From Chloroflexota bacterium (GTDB lineage: Bacteria; Chloroflexota; UBA11872), in contig JAPOYR010000008.1 in NCBI GenBank assembly GCA_026706485.1, forward strand, positions 42,558-106,557: 64,000 bases of DNA, in the 5' to 3' direction. Made by a program: the position numbers and the translations under genes. This document shows, piece by piece, positions 51,192-60,425 of the stretch (position 1 is the first letter of the stretch; each line of letters begins with the position of its first letter). The notes below the pieces were generated by a model, which made no database searches, had not been told where the DNA came from, and saw only the letters and a list, made by a program, of their open reading frames with translations.

Positions 51192-53167
51192 CCGCCCTGA
51201 CCGCGGAGCTCGCGCGCCCGGGCCACGTACGTCTGCACGGTGGCAGCAAACTCGGCGTGGCTCCAGGTGAGCGGGCTCACGCTGAGGGGCTGCCCGGTGA
51301 GCGGGTGCACCTGCTCCGCCAGGGTGCCGCTGGGGAGAGCGCGGTCGACCACCCAACGCATCAGCTCGTGCGCGCGCTCCAGGTCAGCCATGGTCTGGGC
51401 CGCCGCCGCTTCCCACTGCGCCAGCCACAGGGTGCAGATGAACCACGGATTGCCGGGAATGCGCTCGATGTCGTCCGAGACGCGGTGGTAGTAGTCGTCC
51501 TCGTAGCGCGCCACGCCGCCGATGTCGGTCTTGACCCAGAGCCGATCGCGCAGCGAGTGCATGGTGGATACGCAGCGCGAATCCGTCGGCTCGCAGAGCC
51601 CGAAACGCCAGACGCCGGTGACGCTGGCGTCGATGGTCAGATCGGGAACCAGCGTGCCGTCGTCGGCGACCTCCAGGCGACGGATGAAGCGCCGCTCACC
51701 TTCGTCGTAGAGGTGCTCGAAGGCGGCCTCGCGGATCTCGGCCGCGGCGGTGTCGTACTCATCGGCCGCCGCCTGTTCGCCGAACCCACGGGCGAACGCG
51801 GCGGCCGCTCGCAATCCGCCATACACGCTCGCGACGGTGAACGTGTGGATGCCGTAGCGCTCCTCCCATAGGTCCCAGGAGGGCGCGGGCAGCCCGGTCT
51901 CCCGATGCCGGAAACGAACCATGAAGTCGGCGGCGCGCTTGATGAGCGGCGCATACAAGGGCTTGACGACCTCGGTGTCCTTGAAGCGCTCGTCGTAGGC
52001 GCCGAGGGCCCACAGCACCAGGGAGGTCTCGTCCTCCTGGATCGGCAGGATGCGGTTGCCGTCCGCGTCCGCCCAGGGATGCCAGCTGCTGCCCGGCGTT
52101 CCGTCGGGGTTGTACTTGTGCAGCATGAAGCCGCCCGGCTGGATCGTGCGGAGGCAGAAATCGAAGAAGCGCCGCGCCAGCTCGCGGTGGTCGCCCTGGA
52201 TCAGCACCTGAACCACCAGGGCGCCGTCCCGCGGCCACATATAGGTGTAGGTATCGCGGCCGAACTGCAGGATGTCGCTGTCGTTAGCCGCGATGATCGC
52301 GCCGTCGTCGTCGGTTTGGGTGCGGACGATGAGCATGCTGCGGCGGTAGAGATCGCGGACGGCCGGATCGAGGCCGGTGAAGTCCAGGTCCTCGCGGGTG
52401 ACCCAGTGGCGCCAGTAGTGGTTGGTGCGTTCGATCAGGGCGTCGGGACCGCGCCGCACGACCATGTCGTTCTCGTCCTTGACGGCAAAGAACTCGTCGC
52501 CGACCGCCAGCCAGTAGTGCGCCACCGCGTCGCCACCCGCGGGCACGCGCACATCCACGCCGCCGGTGCTGTCGACCAGCCCTTGAGCGATGGCGTTGCC
52601 GGAGAGATTGCCGTCCTCGGCGTCGCGCCAGGTGCCCTCCAATCCGTGCAGATGCTTGGTGCCCGTGCTCACCGCGTCGAATCCCGGCTGCTCGCCGGCC
52701 CATGCGTTGGCCATGAACAGCACGTCCCGCTTGTGATGCACGATGCCGCGCGTGAGGGGATCGAAATAGGTCGTGTCGCCCACGCCGTCGCGGAACAGGT
52801 AGAAATCGTGATGGAAGAAGAGCTTGACGTGACGCGGGGCGCCCCGGAGGTCGCGCACGACCATGCGCCGAACGTAGATCGGTCGATGGAAGTCAACCGC
52901 GTCGGCGCAAATCAGCTCGAGCCCGAGGTCGTCGTTGACCAGGCGAACGTCGCTGACCAGGGTGTCCGGGCGGTAGCGCAGCGTGCCGTTCCAGGTTCGC
53001 GCGGTGATCCAGGCGAACGCGCCGTCGACCCAGATGCCGAACCGAAACGGATCGTGGCCGGCATGGTTCCACAGCCCCACGTGAGGGAAATAGATATCGC
53101 GGACGCGATAGTCGCCATCGAACGCGACCAGCAGGCGGCCATTGCCAATCGCCAAGTCACGCGGCAT
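51188..53167 (-). CDS. Glycoside hydrolase family 15 (glucoamylase/trehalase-like)
   Basis: 659 aa. The N-terminal beta-sandwich (IGNGRLLVAFDGDYRVRDIYFPHVG) plus an (alpha/alpha)6 catalytic domain (WPRDGA, LAEQV) is typical of bacterial and archaeal GH15. Confidence 0.88.
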   Translation of the reverse strand: MPRDLAIGNGRLLVAFDGDYRVRDIYFPHVGLWNHAGHDPFRFGIWVDGAFAWITARTWNGTLRYRPDTLVSDVRLVNDDLGLELICADAVDFHRPIYVRRMVVRDLRGAPRHVKLFFHHDFYLFRDGVGDTTYFDPLTRGIVHHKRDVLFMANAWAGEQPGFDAVSTGTKHLHGLEGTWRDAEDGNLSGNAIAQGLVDSTGGVDVRVPAGGDAVAHYWLAVGDEFFAVKDENDMVVRRGPDALIERTNHYWRHWVTREDLDFTGLDPAVRDLYRRSMLIVRTQTDDDGAIIAANDSDILQFGRDTYTYMWPRDGALVVQVLIQGDHRELARRFFDFCLRTIQPGGFMLHKYNPDGTPGSSWHPWADADGNRILPIQEDETSLVLWALGAYDERFKDTEVVKPLYAPLIKRAADFMVRFRHRETGLPAPSWDLWEERYGIHTFTVASVYGGLRAAAAFARGFGEQAAADEYDTAAAEIREAAFEHLYDEGERRFIRRLEVADDGTLVPDLTIDASVTGVWRFGLCEPTDSRCVSTMHSLRDRLWVKTDIGGVARYEDDYYHRVSDDIERIPGNPWFICTLWLAQWEAAAAQTMADLERAHELMRWVVDRALPSGTLAEQVHPLTGQPLSVSPLTWSHAEFAATVQTYVARARELRGQGG

Positions 53168-53235
53168 CGCTTGCCCCTTCCACGCCGGAGGGAATCGCGG
53201 GTGGCCGCATTATGGCAGTGAGCTTCGGCACGTTT

Positions 53236-53470
53236 GGTAGGGAGAGTCGCGAACCGCCCGAGGTCGACCTTCGCAATTCGGGTAGGGGCGGGTCTTAGAC
53301 CCGCCCGACGCCAAGCATCCGGCGCGCGCCCCGAGTTCAGTCAAGGTGGATTCCCGCCTTCGCGGGAATGACAGATGCAACGTAGCCCGCGACCGAGCGG
53401 TGGCCCGCGCTGCGTGCGGCGTGGGACCCTTGGAAGACATCCCATGCTGCGCGCAGCATGGGCCACCGGA
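53236..53470. repeat. Repeat mosaic (F fragment, F, C, A and inverted A)
   Basis: F at 53282-53308; C at 53346-53372; A at 53399-53427; inverted A at 53441-53470. Confidence 0.9.
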
Positions 53471-53493
53471 GCAGCGTGCCGGAGAGCAAGCCG

Positions 53494-54462
53494 ATGCCAG
53501 CCATCATTCCCGTCGTCATCGATACCGACCCGGGCGTCGACGACGCGTTGGCCCTGGCGTTGGCGCTGGCCTCGCCCGAGCTCTCCGTGCGCGCGGTGAC
53601 GACCGTGGCGGGGAACGTGGACCTGGCGACGGGCACAGCGAACGCCGACTATCTGCTGCGCATCCTGGCGCCCGGTGCGCCCATCCGGCTGTCCCAGGGC
53701 TGCGCCAAGCCGCAGGCGCGCGAGCTGGTGACGGCGGAAGAGGTTCACGGTTCCGACGGGCTGGCCGGAATCACCGGCCATGAACGCTGGCGGCGGACGC
53801 GCCCTGAACCGCCGGACATCCTGGCTGACGCCGTGGACGTGATCATCGAGGAGGTCGGCGCCTCACCCGAACCCCTGACGGTGATCGCCCTGGGTCCGCT
53901 GACGAACGTCGCCGCCGCGCTCCGGCGCGACCCCGCGGCCATGCGCCGAGCGGGGGCCATCGTGGCCATGGGCGGCTCGCTGTACGCCGGCGGCAACGTG
54001 ACCCCGCACGCGGAGTTCAACTTCTATGTGGATCCCGAGGCGGCGGACATGGTGCTGGCCTCCGGCGTACCGGTGATCGTGACGCCGCTGGACGTGACGC
54101 ACCAGTTGGCCGTGAGCGACGCGACCGTCGAGTCGCGCCTGTTTTCGCGCTCGGAGCCCCGGAGCGCCTTCCTGGGCGAGCTGATCCGCCGCGCCCGCGC
54201 CGAGCAGTTCACCGGGCGCGGCGGCAAGCTGCTGCTGCACGATCCGGCGGCGGTGGGAACGCTGCTCTGGCCGGAACTCTTCACGATGCAGTCGCACCCA
54301 CTGACGGTCGAATGCGGCGACGGAGACCTACGCGGCGCGATGCGGCCCGCCGCGGACGACGACTCTGGAGCGGGGCGGATGGCGGCCCAGGTGGCCGTCG
54401 ACGTCGCGGCGGATTCGGTTGTGGGCCGGATCGTCGAGCGGCTGGTCGCCGGCGGCGGCTAG
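53494..54462 (+). CDS. Nucleoside hydrolase (IUNH family)
   Basis: VVIDTDPGVDDALALALAL is the N-terminal aspartate cluster fingerprint. Start taken at ATG 53494. Confidence 0.85.
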   Translation: MPAIIPVVIDTDPGVDDALALALALASPELSVRAVTTVAGNVDLATGTANADYLLRILAPGAPIRLSQGCAKPQARELVTAEEVHGSDGLAGITGHERWRRTRPEPPDILADAVDVIIEEVGASPEPLTVIALGPLTNVAAALRRDPAAMRRAGAIVAMGGSLYAGGNVTPHAEFNFYVDPEAADMVLASGVPVIVTPLDVTHQLAVSDATVESRLFSRSEPRSAFLGELIRRARAEQFTGRGGKLLLHDPAAVGTLLWPELFTMQSHPLTVECGDGDLRGAMRPAADDDSGAGRMAAQVAVDVAADSVVGRIVERLVAGGG

Positions 54463-54567
54463 CCACACTTACACCCAGCCTCGATCCAACGCCCGCCGCC
54501 CGTGGCAATCGCGCGGCGGGCGCGGCAGAATGGGCCGTGGGCTGGTGACGACGCACGGGGGAACAAG

Positions 54568-55194
54568 ATGATGCGGCGAATGGTCGTCGTTGCACTGGCG
54601 CTGGCGATCGCGATGGTGGTGGCCGCCTGCGGCGAATCCGAGCCCGAAGGGCCGCCGACGTTCGCGTCCTACCCGGAGATGGGGATCGACCCCAAGCGGC
54701 CCTATAGCGTCATCGTCACCACCGACGTCGGGCGCATGACGTTCATCCTGCTGCCGGCGGAAGCGCCGCTGGCGGTCAACAGCTTCACGTTCCTCCTCAA
54801 CGAGGGGTTCTACACGGGCATGGAGTTCTATCGCGTGCTGCCGGGCGTGCTGGCCGAAACCGGCGATCCAACCGGCACCGGAACGGGCGGGCCCGGCTAC
54901 ACCTACGAGCTCGAGGCGCCGCAACGGCCCTACGCGCGCGGTCTCCTGGCAATGGCGCCCAACGGGGCCGACAACTCCAACGGATCGCGGTTCTACATCC
55001 TCCTGGGCGACCTGGACGCGAGCGACGCGGTCTCGGGCGACCACACGATCTTCGGCCACCTCAAGGAGGACCACGCCCCATCGGCCACCACGCTGACGAA
55101 GATCGAGAACTCGCAGGTGCCGGTCGCGATCCGGGAAGTGAAGGCCATCGAAGGCTGTCTGCCGAACGTGAGCATGTGGACGCAGGGCTGCTAG
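54568..55194 (+). CDS. Peptidyl-prolyl cis-trans isomerase, cyclophilin type, lipoprotein
   Basis: Signal plus lipobox MMRRMVVVALALAIAMVVAACG, then FYRVLPGVLAETGDPTGTGTGGPGY and NSNGSRFYI. Confidence 0.9.
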   Translation: MMRRMVVVALALAIAMVVAACGESEPEGPPTFASYPEMGIDPKRPYSVIVTTDVGRMTFILLPAEAPLAVNSFTFLLNEGFYTGMEFYRVLPGVLAETGDPTGTGTGGPGYTYELEAPQRPYARGLLAMAPNGADNSNGSRFYILLGDLDASDAVSGDHTIFGHLKEDHAPSATTLTKIENSQVPVAIREVKAIEGCLPNVSMWTQGC

Positions 55195-55244
55195 AGGATT
55201 GACCGACCGCCACTGCACCACGCACCGGGCAAGATCTACCGGTC

Positions 55245-55865
55245 GTGAACGCCTCTAGGCCTACGTTCGCGAAATCAGAGGAGACCAAGGTGGGAGATTC
55301 GAACGGCGCGGCGCTCTACCGAACCGGCGACGAGCTGGAAGCCGGCCTGGACCATTTGCGGGAGTCGCCGGCGGACGGAGGTCCCGTGCGCATGATCGTG
55401 CGGCGACCCGAGGTCGATGCGCGCGAGGTGATCGCGGAGGGTGAGCTCGACACCGAAACCGGACTGGTCGGGGACAGCTGGAAGGACCGCGGCAGCACGG
55501 TCACCCCCACTGGGGGTCCGAACCCGGCGGCGCAAATCACGATCATCAACTCCCGCCTGCTCGACCTGCTCGCGCAGTCCGAGGAGCGTTGGCCGCTGGC
55601 GGGCGATCAGCTCGTGATCGACATCGACATGAGCGAGGAGAACCTTCCGCCGGGATCGCAACTCGCCATCGGGTCGGCGGTGATCGAGATTTCCAAGGAA
55701 CCGCACACGGGGTGCGCCAAGTTCGCCGCGCGGTTCGGACACGATGCGCTGCGTTTCATCAGCACGCCGCTGGGACGGCAGATGCGGATGCGCGGCATCA
55801 ACACGCGCGTGGTGCAGTCGGGGAGGGTGCGCGTGGGGGACACGGCGACGAAGGTTTTGCCGTAG
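55245..55865 (+). CDS. MOSC domain-containing protein
   Basis: GLVGDSW ... LAIGSAVIEISKEPHTGCAKF (conserved Cys). The start is uncertain (GTG 55290 is possible). Confidence 0.75.
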   Translation: MNASRPTFAKSEETKVGDSNGAALYRTGDELEAGLDHLRESPADGGPVRMIVRRPEVDAREVIAEGELDTETGLVGDSWKDRGSTVTPTGGPNPAAQITIINSRLLDLLAQSEERWPLAGDQLVIDIDMSEENLPPGSQLAIGSAVIEISKEPHTGCAKFAARFGHDALRFISTPLGRQMRMRGINTRVVQSGRVRVGDTATKVLP

Positions 55866-55957
55866 GTCAGCCGGACCCACTGGCCCCTGAGGGCGGGTCG
55901 CGGGCGCCGAGCTCGCACTGCATAGACTTGCCGCGATCTGTGGGCCGAGGGTTTGCC

Positions 55958-56575
55958 ATGTCGCTGCAGTGGATTACACCTTTCAGGCGGACTGGTTGCG
56001 AGCGGCTACACGCCGACGGGCAGCCAGTCTCGGAATCAAATGACCTTTTGCAATTCTGGCAATGGATGGGCTCCGACCTTGTCGCGAACACCCAGCGTGC
56101 CGTAGTGGCCGAATACATCGTTGGAGTTGCCGTGGGCGATGCCTGTCTTATGAGTGGGACACGGGACCCGTGGGGCAACTACGACCTCACGAGTACCCAC
56201 GAGGTCAGGATCGAGGTCAAATCCGCGGCGTATGTTCAATATTGGAGGCAGGCCAGGGAATCGACACCAACTTTCGATATCGCAAAGACTCTCGCTTTTG
56301 ATCCTGAAACTGATCAATTTTCGGACACCCCAACGCGTTCCGCGGATGTCTACGTGTTTTGCTTGCACACCCATCGTGCTAGCGATCCGGTCGAAGCCAT
56401 TGATCCTCTGAACGTTTCGCAGTGGGAGTTCTATGTGCTGTCGACCGCTGCACTAGAGGATCATTTCGGCGATCAGAAGACCGTCCGTCTTGGATCGCTA
56501 TATCGGATCGGAGCCCGACCGGTCCGATTCGAGGATCTAGGCAGTGCCGTCGATGGAGCGTTCCGTGGCGACTGA
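55958..56575 (+). CDS. PD-(D/E)XK nuclease-fold protein (restriction-endonuclease-like), orphan
   Basis: ATG 55958 lies within the 328-aa track ORF. The motif order is AEYIV ... NYDL ... IEVKS (E ... D ... E-x-K). Local GC is visibly lower than the flanks. Confidence 0.55.
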   Translation: MSLQWITPFRRTGCERLHADGQPVSESNDLLQFWQWMGSDLVANTQRAVVAEYIVGVAVGDACLMSGTRDPWGNYDLTSTHEVRIEVKSAAYVQYWRQARESTPTFDIAKTLAFDPETDQFSDTPTRSADVYVFCLHTHRASDPVEAIDPLNVSQWEFYVLSTAALEDHFGDQKTVRLGSLYRIGARPVRFEDLGSAVDGAFRGD

Positions 56576-56638
56576 TAGTCTGGCGCGCTCCGCGGGCAGA
56601 CGCCCCGCGCTCACGCCTAGATCGGAAAAGGCGCCTCG

Positions 56639-57172
56639 CTAAGGTCGCCGAGCTTGTAGCCGCAGCGTCCACACTTCGTCGCCCTCGCTGGTCCGTTCGC
56701 CGGTGCGACGCATGCCTACGTTCGCAGCGACTCGCTGGGATGCGGTGTTCTCGGGGTGGATCGTCGCTCGGACTTCTCTCGGGTTGAAGAACTCCAGCAG
56801 CCAGGCGGCGATGCGCTGCGCGGCCTCGGTTGCATAGCCCTGTTTCCGAAAGCGTCGTCCGACTAGCCAGGCCATGTCGGCCCACTGTTCGGTCACGGTC
56901 GCTTGCATGCGCCCGACCGCGGTTTGGTCGTCCTTCAGCCGAAGCGTCCAGTTCAGCCAGACTTCGGCGCCGTCCGGCGACCGCCGGCGCTCCCAGCGGC
57001 GGATTCGCGCTCGGACTCGCGGAAGGCTCACGTCAGGTCCGTCGTCGGCAGGTGCGTCGGAGTCGAGGATCCGAAGCTCGTGCAGCTCCGCGGCGTCGCT
57101 TTCGGTCATTGGCGCAAGCAGCAGACGCTCGGTTTCCAGGGTCCATTCGTCGTCGGCGGGGACGTTGAGCAC
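56639..57172 (-). CDS. GNAT-family N-acetyltransferase (RimJ/RimL-like)
   Basis: LETERLLLAPMTESDAAELHEL ... RFRKQGYATEAA ... NTASQRVAANVGM. Confidence 0.8.
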   Translation of the reverse strand: MLNVPADDEWTLETERLLLAPMTESDAAELHELRILDSDAPADDGPDVSLPRVRARIRRWERRRSPDGAEVWLNWTLRLKDDQTAVGRMQATVTEQWADMAWLVGRRFRKQGYATEAAQRIAAWLLEFFNPREVRATIHPENTASQRVAANVGMRRTGERTSEGDEVWTLRLQARRP

Positions 57173-57332
57173 CTAGTGACCTTGCCGGCTTCGGCAGGGA
57201 TTGACCTGCAATGGCATCGTCGGGGCGCGTCTTTGCCTAGAGGCACTCCGCACTCTACGCGCACTGGCGTTGACACTGGGAAAGCGCCGTCTCTAAAGTC
57301 GCGGTGCTTGCGAACCGCGCGCGTGGGGCTCT

Positions 57333-58337
57333 ATGTCTGAGAAGACCGCCGGCCACAAGATCCTGATCACGGACATCGCCTGGCCCAGCACGGCGCCGGA
57401 GCGCGAGGTGCTCGCCGAGCTCGACGCGGAGGTGATCGAGTCGGATAGCCCCGACGAGGATCGGCTGATCGAGCTGGCGCAGGACGTAACGGGGATCCTC
57501 ACCTGCTTCGCCAAGGTCACCGAGCGCGTGATCGCCGCCTCGCCCCGCCTGGGGGTGGTCGGGCGCACCGGCGTGGGCACGGACAACATCGACGTGGACG
57601 CCTGCACCCGGCGCGGCATTCCGGTGACCTACGTGCCCGACTACGCCATCGAAGAGGTGGCCGACCACGCCATGGCGCTGCTGATGGCGCTGTCCCGCAA
57701 GATCGTGGCGCTGGACCGGCTCACCAAGGCGGACCGCTGGGAGACCAAGCCCGCGCGCCCCATCTACCGGATGCGCGGGCGCACCCTGGGCATCCTGGGC
57801 TACGGTCGCATCGGCCACGCGCTGGCGCTGCGCGCGATTCCCCACGGGCTCAAGATCCTGGTCTACGACCCCTACATCACGGCCGACCGCGTGGCCGACA
57901 TTGGGGCCGAGCTGGTGGACAAGGAGCGGCTGCTGGCCGAGTCGGACGCGATTTCGGTGCACGCTCCGCTGACGCCCGAAACCCACCACGTGATCGGCGA
58001 GACCGAGCTGCAGGCCATGAAGCCGGATGCCTTTCTGATCAACACTGCCCGGGGGCCGCTGATCGACGAATACGCGCTCGCCCGCGCGCTGTCCGAGGGC
58101 TGGATCGCGGGCGCGGGCATCGACGTGCTGCAGGCCGAGCCGCCGCCGGACGGCCACCCCCTGCTCGCGGAGCCCAACGCCATCGTCACGCCCCACGCGG
58201 CGTTCATGTCCGAGGAATCGGTCCTAGAGCTCGAGCGCCGCGCGGCGCTGGCCGTCGTGCGCGTCCTCCAAGGCCGCATGCCCGAGTTCATCTGGAATCG
58301 AGAAGTGCTGGAGCAGGTGAGGCTGGCCGAAGGGTAG
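57333..58337 (+). CDS. D-isomer-specific 2-hydroxyacid dehydrogenase (CtBP/PGDH-like)
   Basis: GRTLGILGYGRIGHALA (NAD binding), NTARG and TPHAAF. Confidence 0.9.
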   Translation: MSEKTAGHKILITDIAWPSTAPEREVLAELDAEVIESDSPDEDRLIELAQDVTGILTCFAKVTERVIAASPRLGVVGRTGVGTDNIDVDACTRRGIPVTYVPDYAIEEVADHAMALLMALSRKIVALDRLTKADRWETKPARPIYRMRGRTLGILGYGRIGHALALRAIPHGLKILVYDPYITADRVADIGAELVDKERLLAESDAISVHAPLTPETHHVIGETELQAMKPDAFLINTARGPLIDEYALARALSEGWIAGAGIDVLQAEPPPDGHPLLAEPNAIVTPHAAFMSEESVLELERRAALAVVRVLQGRMPEFIWNREVLEQVRLAEG

Positions 58338-58416
58338 GCGGCGCGCCGAGCGTCTCGCACACTTCCACAGCTCGATTCTCAGCAGAGGAAGGATGCTTGC
58401 CGATAGGGCCATATCC

Positions 58417-58436
58417 GACTAGTCTTAAGTCTAGTC
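58417..58436 (+). promoter_or_regulatory. Candidate VapB operator
   Basis: GACTAGTCTTAAGTCTAGTC contains CTAGTC-N6-CTAGTC and is a 9/10 imperfect palindrome. It ends 24 nt upstream of the vapB ATG. Confidence 0.35.
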
Positions 58437-58460
58437 AGAGTGATCATTCACGGAGGCGAC

Positions 58461-58721
58461 ATGGGTAAAGTCTGGCCAGTACAAGACGCCAAGGCGAGAT
58501 TCAGCGAGTTCCTGGCCACCAGTCTCGTGGAAGGCCCGCAAATCGTGACCAAGCGCGGCGTCGAAACCGCCGTGCTGGTGCCGATCGAGCAGTGGCGGCG
58601 ATTGGAACAGCGGACAAAGCCGGACCTCAAGCAGTTGCTGCTCACCCCGGAGGCGCGGACAGACTCGCTGACCCCGCCGCGAGCACCGCATCGCCGGCGA
58701 ATCCCCGAAGCATTCGAGTAG
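58461..58721 (+). CDS. Type II antitoxin, Phd/YefM family
   Basis: MGKVWPVQDAKARFSEFLATSLVEGPQIVTKRGVETAVLVPIEQWRRL is a classic Phd/YefM N-terminus. It lies 4 nt upstream of the PIN toxin. Confidence 0.8.
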   Translation: MGKVWPVQDAKARFSEFLATSLVEGPQIVTKRGVETAVLVPIEQWRRLEQRTKPDLKQLLLTPEARTDSLTPPRAPHRRRIPEAFE

Positions 58722-58725
58722 ACCG

Positions 58726-59133
58726 GTGTATCTCCTCGATACCAACGTAGTATCCGAGCTGCGGCGGCCGTTTCCCGATCCGTCCGTCGTGCGTTGGATC
58801 ACCGACGCGCCAGGCGAGCGACTCTTTCTGTCGGCGGTCACCGTCGGTGAAATACAGGCGGGAATCGAGATCATCCGGCAGCGAGACTCGGCGAAGGCAT
58901 CAGATCTCGAAGCCTGGCTCGGCCAGGTCCTCGCCTCCTACGGCGTCTTGCCGATGGACGCAACGGCGTTCCGCGAGTGGGCGCGCCTCAAGCACCGACA
59001 GCCGGAATCGCTGATCGAAGACGCGATGATCGCCGCCACGGCCGTGGTTCACCGCCTCAACGTGGTCACCCGCAACGTGCGGGACTTCGGGCGACTCGGC
59101 GTGACGGTCATCAATCCCTGGGAGTCTGCGTAA
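58726..59133 (+). CDS. vapC: Type II toxin VapC (PIN domain ribonuclease)
   Basis: MYLLDTNVVSELRR ... EDAMIAATA ... VVTRNVRDF shows the PIN acidic residues in canonical positions. Confidence 0.9.
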   Translation: MYLLDTNVVSELRRPFPDPSVVRWITDAPGERLFLSAVTVGEIQAGIEIIRQRDSAKASDLEAWLGQVLASYGVLPMDATAFREWARLKHRQPESLIEDAMIAATAVVHRLNVVTRNVRDFGRLGVTVINPWESA

Positions 59134-59193
59134 TCGGTCCCGTCGCTCGTAGGTCGTCCGAGAAACTCTGAGCCAAACGATCCCTAAGTCCGC

Positions 59194-59270
59194 GTAGGGG
59201 CGCCCCTAGTGGGCGCCCTCTGGTAGCCGGGGAGTATCGAAGCAGAGGGCAGCCACTAGGGCTGCCCCTA
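59194..59270. repeat. Two family-F-like palindromes between convergent TA modules
   Basis: GTAGGGGCGCCCCTAGTGGGCGCCC and AGGGCAGCCACTAGGGCTGCCCCTAC. Confidence 0.8.
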
Positions 59271-59297
59271 CACGGACGGGATGAACCAGAAACGACG

Positions 59298-59636
59298 TCA
59301 GGCGCAGCCGGTGGCTATGGCTAGGGCGCGGCAGACCTGGCGCATTTTGGTTGGGCTGAGCGAGCCGACGTAGCGGTGGAGGCGGTTTTGCTCGACGGTT
59401 TGGACGTGGTCGAGGTTGATGGCGGAGCCGTGACGTAGGCCCTCGTCCGGGCCGACGACGACCTCGCTGGGCAGGCCGCGGATGGTGGACGTGATGGGGG
59501 CGACCATTGCCGTGTGGAGCAGTGGGAGCACTTCCTGGCGCGTGAGAATGACGACCGGACGCCGCTTGTCGGGCGATCTGAATCCGTAGTGCCAGATCTC
59601 GCCGCGACGCGGTCCGGCGTCTAGTCCTGGGGCCAT
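59298..59636 (-). CDS. mazF: Type II toxin, MazF/PemK-family endoribonuclease
   Basis: RRGEIWHYGFRSPDKRRPVVILT ... APITSTIRGLPSEV ... INLDHVQTV. Confidence 0.85.
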   Translation of the reverse strand: MAPGLDAGPRRGEIWHYGFRSPDKRRPVVILTRQEVLPLLHTAMVAPITSTIRGLPSEVVVGPDEGLRHGSAINLDHVQTVEQNRLHRYVGSLSPTKMRQVCRALAIATGCA

Positions 59637-59854
59637 GCGCCCTCGCCGGCCCAGCCCTCGAACTCGGCGTCAAGCCCGGCGGCATCGCCGTAGCCCGCGC
59701 GGTATCGATGGGCGATGTCCTCGGCGTCCTTGCGGGCCAGGTAGGCGGCGGCCGCCTCTCGCAGCACGGCCGAGCGACCCCGCTCCCGGACGGCGGGGTG
59801 CGCGTCGAGCCGCTTGAGGAGCGCCTCGTCGAATGTGATCTGTATAGGTTTCAT
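59621..59854 (-). CDS. Type II antitoxin, ribbon-helix-helix (CopG-like)
   Basis: MKPIQITFDEALLKRLD....RGRSAVLREAAAAYL shows the RHH pattern. It overlaps mazF by 16 nt. Confidence 0.8.
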   Translation of the reverse strand: MKPIQITFDEALLKRLDAHPAVRERGRSAVLREAAAAYLARKDAEDIAHRYRAGYGDAAGLDAEFEGWAGEGAWPQD

Positions 59855-59984
59855 AGCTATAAAGATACTACATCACAAATAGACAGTCTGATTTGGGAGT
59901 CATTGACGCCCGGCTGCGCCTTCGCGGTTCTTCCGGCGTCGTGCGATGTCTACGGCGGCGGTGCCGCTTTCCCGCCCCTTGGAT

Positions 59985-60425
59985 TCCTCGCCTGCGGCTC
60001 GGAATGCCAATGTGGGTGGCGCAAGCGTTCTCGGTGGAATTCCCACGCTGCACCCAGCGCGGGCCACCGGGACTCGACCGCCGGGCGACCCCTCACCCTG
60101 GCCCTCTCCCTGTGGGAGAGGGGACCGGACACGGCCTTTTATTCGGCGTCGAAGTTAAACGCCGAACGTGTATAAAAACCCCGGCTTTTCAGGTTTGGGT
60201 CTCCGCTGGTCGCAACTGCCGGGCGGGCCTGCATGTGGCGTCATTTCGGCCTTGGGCCGGGATCGAGACCGCCTGGACGGCCTTGCTCTGCACGGCCCCT
60301 TAGATTCCTCGCTGCGCTCGGAATGACAGGTTGGTGGTTCAAGTGCTGGTCGTGGATTCCCCGGGCTATCCGGAAGCCGGACAACCCCTCACCCTAACCC
60401 TCGCCCTGTGGGAGAGGGGACCAGA
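59985..60425. repeat. Repeat mosaic: diverged composite B-A-G module, AT-rich motif copy 2, second composite B-x-G module
   Basis: Composite at about 59985-60135; AT-rich motif at 60140-60183; composite at about 60297-60425. The last composite supplies the final codons and the stop of the GT4 gene. Confidence 0.85.

Noticed and set aside
50790-51356. The full 188-aa track ORF as the cyclophilin-like gene.
   Set aside because: Its first ~55 codons overlap the GH15 gene by 169 nt and translate to Arg/Pro/Gly-rich low-complexity sequence. Only the C-terminal ~133 aa match the family.
32121-60183. The two same-orientation copies of the AT-rich motif as attL/attR of a 28-kb integrated element.
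   Set aside because: The interval contains core housekeeping genes (pdxST, tmk, lexA, dinB, an aminotransferase) at normal GC. There is no integrase or recombinase, and the TerS-like gene lies outside the interval.
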